The notes beneath the pieces are model-generated. The model did not search any database, was not told the origin of the DNA, and worked only from the letters and a program-made list of their open reading frames with translations. Source: Rhizophagus irregularis (Eukaryota). Taken from it: a stretch of DNA of 64,000 nt. Shown in pieces: positions 55,095 to 64,000 of this stretch. Where the stretch lies: positions 2,728,001-2,792,000 of the forward strand of contig NC_089433.1 of assembly GCF_026210795.1 (NCBI RefSeq), in the 5' to 3' direction. Within the stretch, counting starts at the first letter, position 1. The number at the start of each line of letters is the position of its first letter. The position numbers and the translations under genes are program-made.

Positions 55095-58000
55095 ATGTCT
55101 AAAAAGTCTAAGTTTAGAAATTCTGGAAATGCGCCATGTATTGTAAGGCGATATGAATTAGTTGGTTATATTTCTTCGTTATTTTTCACGATAAACTAAT
55201 GAGCAATTGTGTTCAAATATAAGAAACAAGAAAAAAATCGGGTGGAAAATAGCTCGCTGACAAATGCTATTATACCCACTGAAACTACAAAAATTTCCGG
55301 TGACACATTCCCCCCGACCCCAACTTCGTTAAAATCGTGTAATAATTTATTACAATTTACGTCTGGTGATATGACTCCGAACTCAATATCAGATGATACG
55401 ATATCAGATATCTTTAAGGAACGTAATAAATTAATCAAAAATTCTCCTTTACAAGCATTTTCCACGCGTCGATTAAATACACTACTAGATACAACAGAAA
55501 CGCCATTTACTAATTCGATCCAGACAGATCAAGAGGCTAATGTAATACAGATTGAAGCAGATAAGATTGACGAAGAAATCACACCGGCAGCGTATCCTAC
55601 TAGCTCGAGGCAAGAGGATGAAAAGAATGAAAGATCAAAAGAATTTAGAGAACAGTATTCTTTGCAAAAATCGATCACTAATAATGTTAACAAAAGAAAA
55701 CGAAGCAACAGTCATGATAATGTAATATTCATGAATTATATAACCCTGAAATATTTGTCAAATGATTAATTAATAAAAAATGTTTATAGGTGAATGAAGT
55801 ATCCAAGACTTCCAAAATCCATCCAGTTGATAAACATTTATTGGCCGAACCAGAGTATATGGATAAATTAAAACCAATTATACTTTGTACGTTGAATCAG
55901 GTTAATGAAATATAACGATATTGCGTAACATTAGTTAATAGATTTCGATTGTCATAGTTTTGAGAAGATATCATATGAAAGCTATTCATGAAGCCAAAGC
56001 ACGTTCCCAAACTATCAAGTCTCAAGTATATAATTTTTATCATATCTTATTTTTAATCACAAACACAATTAACAGATTTTATTCATATACAGTTGAAATC
56101 AAACATTAATCGATACGACATTGTCCTAGAGATTGATCCAGTGATTTTGTTGGAATTGGATCGTAAATGCACTCACTATATTATTAGTTTATTTATTTAA
56201 TAATAGATTATCTTTGTAACTTTCCATTTCTTTAGCAATCCTTGGATATCGCCTTCTTAATAATTTTATCGTTACACACCTAGACGAGGACTTGACTGAG
56301 GCTTGTCTTTTTATTCTACAGTCGACATTTGGACATGATGAAATACTTATGGCTGAGCAAGTTCGAAGTAAAGTTCGATTAGAATACCTCCCAGAATTAC
56401 CAGAGTAATTGCATCTTTTATAACATTGGCTTTGCTTAGCTATTGTCTATAAATTTACTTAATTTCCCAATTATTTTTATTTTTTCTCTTTGTTTTTCCT
56501 TTTATAAGATATCGAATGGATAAATATTTGATGGCATTTCATAAAACGCGTCACAATAAGGATCCATTATTTGCTATATTGAGAGGGATTGTAGAATGTG
56601 TATGGATGCCGACTTTCGTGACGTAAGTGCAAAAGACGTAATATATATCATATACTTTAGGATTAGTTAATCATTATTTCGTGTTAAATTGTTTCAGCTT
56701 CAGTCGTACTTTTATTTGTGATAATCCTAAATGTCGCAATAAGAGTTACCTTCACGTAATCCCTAGTGCTCGAACAAATCGCGTAATTAAGCGTACAGAA
56801 GACAAGGAATATTTAAATACAAGTACCAGGTATTATTATTAAGTAGTATTGAATAATTGATTTTTTTTTATTTAACTAAAACTTTTTGAATTTCGTAGTG
56901 CGACATTACACAATATTGATTTATATTGTAGCCATTGTGAACAAGAGATGAAAGAAATGGTGGTTGATAGGATTTATACAAGTGTGTAAATTGTGGTGAT
57001 TGGATTTACTTTATTTTCAAACCATTTTTTAAATTTCTAATTTCAAATTAGCTCGTCAACGTATTCGTTTGTCGTGTGTGGATGAAGATGAAAATGATGG
57101 TTCATTCACTAATACATTACATGCATTTGTTGAGGGTGAGACAAGAACAAGTTGAAGTATCGTAAATAATAAATATTTAATCTTAATAATAATTTATTAA
57201 TTCAATCAGATGAGCTGACAAGCAAGGTTGAAATTGGTCAAATTATTGAAGTTATTGGACTTGTAGGAAGACATTTTCCTACAATGGATGGTAAAGCGTG
57301 ATTACAATTTTTTTTCACCAGTTCTTTCGAAATATATGTTTTTTCCTGACATTTGTTCATTTGGAAAGATGGAAAATATTGCGCTAGATCCTGGTATGAT
57401 AACGGTTTACACATTGAGGTAAAAAATTTCCCGATCTTTATTTTTCTTAAACATAAGCTAACTGTAATCTATTGTTCTAATAGGTTAATAATATTAAACG
57501 AGTAACTTTGGTAACTTTTTTATTATAAAAAAAAAATTTTTATTTCGATCGAATATTGGTTTATTTACTTTTAAGCGTTTCATATTATAGAACGAAGAAA
57601 GAAATGCAGAGAGGTTTTCGCTTAGTGACGAACATCGTTCATATGTTTTGCCAGATGTTATAGTTAGTCTTCAAAAGGGTAAGATATTAATAGGATTGCA
57701 ATGAAGTTAAAATATATATTAATTATACTTCTCTAATATTAGCAAATTTATCAGCGTGGGCGTTCACTCAACGGCTTGTAGACATATTTTGTGGTAGATT
57801 ATACTGTCTTTATTTAAACGGAAAGCGTATTAGTTGAACAAACTGACGTATTATTTTTTTAGATGACATTTCTCCTCGGCCTACGTGTAGAAAAATCAAG
57901 TTATTTATGTTACTAAGGTTGAGAATACGCAAAATTACATTATATCCGATTCTTGCAAATTTTAATTAAGGTTATAGTCTAGTCGCGCTTTCTGAACAAC

Positions 58001-59993
58001 AGTCAAAGAAACAAGGAATTTCACCCAGCGTTCATCTCATGATTTTGAGTGATGGACAGAATCCTATCGTACCACGAATGATTAGACGAGTATCAGAATT
58101 AAAAAGGTTCCTAAATAAAACGCTTAGAATATGAGTATTTCTTTGCATATTTTTAAATATTTTTTTTTTAGATATGAGGAATGGACTCATGGTTTAGATA
58201 AAAAGAAACAACCTCTTTTTGTCATACAAGATGGTCAAAATATAGGGAAAGAATCTTTCTTTGAATGTATGATATTATATTTTTCATATGTTTTCTTTTT
58301 ATCTTATTTTTATTATAAATAACCTTATTTTCCTCTTAGCTACAATTCTCGCAAGATCAAGAGATGGTACGCTTTTGGTTAATTTGGACACTTTGAGTAA
58401 AAAAGATGTCGAGTCATTAAGACTAGGTTGTAGATTTTAATCTAGGTGGCTTGACTATTATTCTTCCTTTAACTTATTGTGTCTTTTGTGATTGTAACTT
58501 AGTTATGAATAAAAGCTCAAAGTTATCGGTGCAAAATCGTCATCATCGAATTGGAATCAATTTGAATACTTGTTGCTGGGGATGGTCTGTCGCGAAATCT
58601 TCTAGCAAAAGAATGAATAGTAACAAAGGGGGATCTTCAGATGACGAAGGAATTGATGTAAGTTTGTAAGTTAGAAATTAGAATTTTTTTTATATTTATT
58701 ACTAACATAAACAATTTTTACTTAGAGAATATGTAACGATACTCTTAAACCAATAATTGAGTAAGTGAGAGATATACTATAATAATGACTATCTTTTCGG
58801 AACCTTTTTAAAAACTCTCTTGATACGTCACAGCACATTTGACCTTGTTATTCATCTCAATGAATCAATTGATTCAGAATCAAGTGAACTTCTTGTAGAT
58901 CATTTGCTTGAACAAGCCACTGTAAGTTTGGAAGAAAAGAACCATAAAGAAAAGTTGTCTACACTGGCATTTGTAGAGTTCAAGCAGGTATGGAAGAAAA
59001 TAATATAACAAAACTCAAACAAATGACTGAGTGCATTCTTTACTTTCCTTATATAGTTCATTGCAGTGGCTAGCAACACTGAAGTCAAGTAAGTAGTATC
59101 TTAATTTATCAAATGAATTTCGGTTTAATCAATGTTTTGTATTAAACTAGATTATCAACGGAATGTAAGGATATCTTACGTAAATATTTCTTAACATGTC
59201 GTAAACTCAAAGGAGCAAGTCAAGGATTCGCATCTTCAACTTCTTTACTTGAGGTAATTATTGATGAATTAATTTTAGTAGTAAAGTCATGAATTTGAAG
59301 ATAAACATCGGATTTTATTTATAAATAGTCCCTATTACGAATAGCGTGCTGTCACGCCAAGGTAATATACAGTTCATCTATACATATATAATAATATCTA
59401 TAACTCATCTAAATTTATTTCTAATCTACTAAAACGGTATGCAAAGTTGTGTCTTCGTAGTGTTGGAAGCGTAGATGATGCATTAGTTAGTATATTAGTG
59501 ATTGAGGAAACTTTAGTGGCAAAATACGGATCATCGGCTTCTGTGCTTGGATTTGTCCCATTACCAGATGATCAAGAGAATATACATAAATTATATGCAA
59601 GTGACATTGAGCCTACGTTCCCTGATAATGAATCTACTTCTACTGATTATAGTAGCATGGATCAATCCCATCAAACGAATATCAATGTGGTATGTATAAA
59701 TTAGACGTCAAAGATATCGTAGGCACCATAATTGGACTATTGGAGGATTACAATAACTGTGTATTATTTTATTCATTTATTTTTATTCATTTAAGTTGGG
59801 TGAACCCAATAATTTAAGTCTTGAAGAGAGAATGTTTTGTACATTAGTACAAAATATATCGAAAACAGACGATGTTGAAATGGCAAAAATGTATCAACAT
59901 TTAACACGCATTTTGCATTCATTTGGTGACGGATGTGGAGATAACCATAGGGAATTAGCATGGGACCAATTAGAATTGAAATTGAATGAATAG
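55095..59993 (+). CDS. Divergent MCM-family protein, MCMDC2-like, >20 exons
   Basis: Zn finger CDNPKC...CSHC, OB-fold DELTSKVEIGQIIEVIG, FDLVIHL, lid LRKYFLTCRK...LESLLRIACCHAKLCLR...DDALVSILVIEETLVAKYG; no canonical Walker A seen. Confidence 0.7.
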
Positions 59994-60136
59994 CTTTGAT
60001 TTAATCTAATATAGTCACCTAATAAATATATCCTTATTAGTTTAAGATTGTTGGTTATTAATAAAAAGAACGCAAAAATAAGTCACGTGAGCATATAAAG
60101 GACTGATTATCAAACAAGATACTTTCAATTTTCGTT

Positions 60137-61053
60137 ATGTCTTCAAATGAACTAGGTAAAATACTTGTAAATTATTTTCTATAAAAATGTAACGCGGCTC
60201 AGTTTTCTACAGTTTTTGTCACAGGTAATAAAAAGAAACTCGAAGAAGTTCAAGCTATTCTAGGCCCGAGTATTAATCTAGTAAATTATAAACTTGACTG
60301 TATGTACAACGTATAATAATACTTGAAAAAAAAATCCCCTTTATTAACGCGAAATTATCATTTACTATGAAACAGTAACGGAAATTCAAGGAACAGCGCA
60401 AGAAATCTCAGCTGACAAGTGTCGTAGAGCTTCAGTTGAAGTGCGTTATATATCTGTTATAAATTAGTTTCTTGTATTTATTCTAACGTTTCTTGTGCAT
60501 AGTTGAATGGACCTGTAATAACAGAAGATACGTGCCTTTGTTTCAATGCATTGGAAGGTTTACCTGGTCCATACATGTATGTCTTTGTTACAATAATTTC
60601 GTTTATAATTTTAGTGTTTTTTTTCTTTTTATAATAATTCTAAATTTTATTTTATTAAAATAGAAAATGGTTCTTGGATAAATTGGGACACGATGGATTA
60701 TATAAAATACTGGCAGGATTTGAAGATAAATCTGCATATGCAATATGTACATTTGCTTATTCTTCAGGACCCGATGCTGAACCTATATTATTCGAGGGTC
60801 GTACTGACGTGAGTTTAAAATATTTTCAGTTATAGATTATATAATTTATATAATTTAGTAATCTTCATTTTACTTATAGGGTAAAATTGTACCAGCGCGT
60901 GGACCTAAAAATTTCGGATGGGATCCCATTTTTCAACCTGACGGATTTGATCAAACGTATGATGAAATGCCAAAGAGTGTCAAAAATACAATATCTCATA
61001 GGTATAAAGCGTTAAAAAAATTAAAAGAATTTCTTGCTTCTCAAAATACTTGA
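60137..61053 (+). CDS. HAM1: Inosine triphosphate pyrophosphatase
   Basis: [51 protein letters not shown]. Confidence 0.96.
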
Positions 61054-61078
61054 CTGAAAAATAAACAATATAATGTAA

Positions 61079-61657
61079 TCAAACATCATAGCCAATACAA
61101 CTTCTAATGTTTTTTGCAAGCTGATATATAAAAAGCCCCACAGACTTTCTTCCAAAATAAGAATAAACCCATCCCACGCATGGCAAAGTTTCCACTAAAT
61201 CCTTTATACTCCAAATATCTTCATGTCTAACAATCTTATTTTGTCCGTTAAATTCCCATTTCGTGATTGTTCTTAATTCAATTTCTTGACGAAATAATAT
61301 TGGTTTCAAAGGTAGACGATATTTAATGAGTGCATCGACACTAACAATGTGGTGATTTCCAGCTATCATTGAATCAGTTATCGAATATATTTCTGCAGTA
61401 ACGGAGATGAATATAGTGGCCGTGAAAAAAAATTGGCGGATTATTTCGTCTTGGCCTTTTACAAAAATGATTGGTTCCTCCAAAACTACAAAAAAAAACC
61501 TTGAGAAAAACGCGAGAAAATTATCATGCAACAAATTTATTAACTCACCAGCATTAGTGTCGTAATATGTTCTAATTATATTCTGTTGTTCATCTTTTCT
61601 CTTTGAATACAATATCGCGTGAACTTCTCTTGCTATATCTTTTAAGTCTTCACTCAT
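61079..61657 (-). CDS. NTF2/SnoaL-like fold hypothetical protein, one 63-nt intron (61548-61486)
   Basis: YYDTNA|VLEEPIIFVKGQDEI...KWEFNGQNKIVRHEDIWS pattern typical of SnoaL-like domains. Confidence 0.7.
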   Translation of the reverse strand: MSEDLKDIAREVHAILYSKRKDEQQNIIRTYYDTNAGELINLLHDNFLAFFSRFFFVVLEEPIIFVKGQDEIIRQFFFTATIFISVTAEIYSITDSMIAGNHHIVSVDALIKYRLPLKPILFRQEIELRTITKWEFNGQNKIVRHEDIWSIKDLVETLPCVGWVYSYFGRKSVGLFIYQLAKNIRSCIGYDV

Positions 61658-63125
61658 ATTTTATCCAAATTATAACTTGAGGACTAAATTTAAATTCACC
61701 GAAGATAGATAATTAATTTTGTCATATGATGATAAAAAATTCTTAGATGTATTGCTTGAAAATCAGAAACAGAGCAATAAATTTCTGTTAGATTGTGATA
61801 GACACATATTTATCAACTTGAAAGCAATTCTAAATTTGATTTTATTCTGATAAACTGCGCCACAAATTTGAAATTCCGGATAACAATCTGGTAAATCAAG
61901 ATTTTACTTATTTTATCCACGGCTTTTATCTTCGATCCGGTACACCCGTCCCAGTGTAACAAATACTTTACGATGGAACTAACCGTCATAGATCACGTGA
62001 GCGTGAGGAACGCGTTTTTACAGACTTTTTTGAATGGTCTATCATTCTATCTATATTTGATGTAATCTTATTATGTATTCCGATTAAATAAATAAGTAAA
62101 TAAAAAAATAAGTTGTCTGATACCTATTTGTCACCGCCCGTAACCCGTAAGTATTGCAAATTGTTTGAATGCCAAAAAATGCAAAAAATGGTACGAAAGT
62201 GGCGCATTGGTCAATTAAGTGGCTTCAATGTGACAGTTATGCCACGGGCCATCTGCCAATCAAATGTCATTGAAGTTCATTTCTTTCACCTTTGTGATTA
62301 TATTTACTATATATTCAGTTTTTACTTGTTTCTACTTTTGCTCTTTATTGTTGGGGCAAATACTTGGAAGAAAAAGATTGGCTCTTTATTATTAATCCAT
62401 TCAAAACTTACTCCAAATTGTAAATTTTGATCGAGGATTATCCAGAAAATGATTTTTGTTTATTAGAAATGTGAATGTGTTGTAATAAACAGATAGATGA
62501 TGATATTTTGTTTCTAGGGTTAAATTAAAAAAAGTATTTCGGCCATGTAGATATTTCTATATGTAGTTATGTTTGCTTTGGAAATGCGAAAACCCCATAA
62601 AATTTATAAACTAAATTTCCACATGCAGTAATGAGAATCCAGATCAGCTATTAAGAATTATTATTAATTCACTTCAGGAGGCAAGTTTAAACTAACTTTT
62701 GACAACTTTTATTAAACTAATTTTGATGTCAAATTTATTCTCGGGATACAATTAATATACCTAATTAATAAAAAATCGTGGCTTATATAAGATTTTTTCT
62801 TTATTTCTATTGTAACACAAGTTGTGACAGATTTCCCTTATTTAAAACTTTCGGAGTATATTTGCATAAGTAATTAACGTCGCTTCAATAATACTGTTTC
62901 TGTTTCTTACATTTTAAAGTTATATGTCCTTTGTTTTACTCCTTGCAAACCATAACCTTTATCTATAAACAAACTATCTCTCTGTTAACATATTAAACAG
63001 CACGCAAGGAATAAAACAACTTAATAAAAATTTAACCACTTTCTTTTTATTCCTACAACTTTTGTTCGCAACCTTGTGATTATTTTTGCAAACCTTGCAA
63101 CGTAAGAACTCTATTAACTCTTATT

Positions 63126-64000
63126 ATGAGCCACATGCTTGCAGATTACGAAGCAGTAAGTGTTTTTTAGTGTGTTCTTGAAGTTTCTTGTGTTTTCTAC
63201 TTTAAGCCTTGTATGTAAAAGAATTTATAAAAGCTTATTTTGTGTTCGGAGTTACATATTATTTCCAATATAAAGAGAGTTTCTTTGCTTCGACAATTAC
63301 TTTTCCTTCGTTCTTGATATTTATTATTCTGAAAACTCAATTACCAAGTACAACGACATATAATAAACGCAATTAGTAACAGCCGTAGTTTAAAACCCAT
63401 ATAAGTTATTAACTCCTTCCCCTTTTTTGTGCTCCAACAGAACAACGATATCAACGAGGTTAATGAAACAAACGAGATAAACGAAAACAATACTGAAAAC
63501 TATACCGAAAATAATACTGAAAATAATATTGAAAACACAATTGAGGATATCGACCCACTCCTCTCACCACCTTATGCAATGTCCCCAGGTATAATATTAT
63601 TAGTATTTCGACGCTATAACTCTATCCTTTTTTTCGTTTAATATATTTCTTATTTACCATTACAGTAGTGACCGAAAACGAAAAACAAGTTTTTATCGAC
63701 GAGGTGACTATTTAAAATTCATTAATATTCAAAACAAATATTTTGTCATTAATTAAATATAAAATCATTAATTTATTTATATTAGGTCAACTCCATTAAC
63801 GATACAGAAACTCTTAGACGCATGCTTATACAAAAAGAGCAAGAAAAAGATCACATAGTGAGCAATTTAGACAAAGCAGCACGTGTAGGTCTAGCTATAT
63901 CAGAAGAAAACGAAGAGCTAAGAATGAAGCTTGATTTTTTCACGCAGGCCGAAGAACAGGCGTATATGAAACTTTCCGCTTTAGAAGAGGAGAATAGAAA
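63126..64000 (+). CDS. Coiled-coil protein, 5' part only (runs off the window end)
   Basis: MSHMLADYEA|gtaagt; exons near 63441, 63666 and 63786; heptad-rich LRRMLIQKEQEK...LDKAARVGLAISEENEELRMKL. Confidence 0.7.

Noticed and set aside
58428..58502. U12-type intron (TTCCTTTAAC branch-like)
   Set aside because: Donor is GTTGTA, not GTATCCTT/ATATCCTT; I saw no convincing minor intron in the window.

Overview
AT-rich, intron-rich eukaryotic DNA with short GT-AG introns. Gene content and repeats point to an early-diverging fungus, most likely an arbuscular mycorrhizal fungus (Glomeromycotina, Rhizophagus-like); this assignment is inference. Two gene-dense blocks (13.5-32 kb and 44.4-64 kb) carry thiolase, SNRNP27, MTG2, COPA, TyrRS with an EMAP-II-like domain, HID1, a CABLES-like cyclin, HGH1, BRF1, TOM22, an MCMDC2-like gene, ITPA and others, often as tight head-to-head pairs. 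A short gene block occupies 1-4.4 kb. Two gene-free islands (about 4.9-13.3 kb and 32.2-43.7 kb) hold nested non-autonomous DNA transposons (hAT-, Tc1/mariner-, Harbinger-, Sola-, CMC- and Helitron-like) and a Mutator-like transposase pseudogene. Most unusual signals: (1) a fixed-geometry ~120-bp palindromic module with a 13-bp central spacer, present at least 9 times in TIR elements with different termini; (2) a tandem micro-exon/intron array inside a hAT element; (3) a hairpin-embedded poison exon in SNRNP27; (4) a 4-nt micro-exon in thiolase; (5) animal-type genes including a meiotic MCMDC2-like gene. Gene models were built by eye, so coordinates span first to last exon and some splice sites are uncertain.
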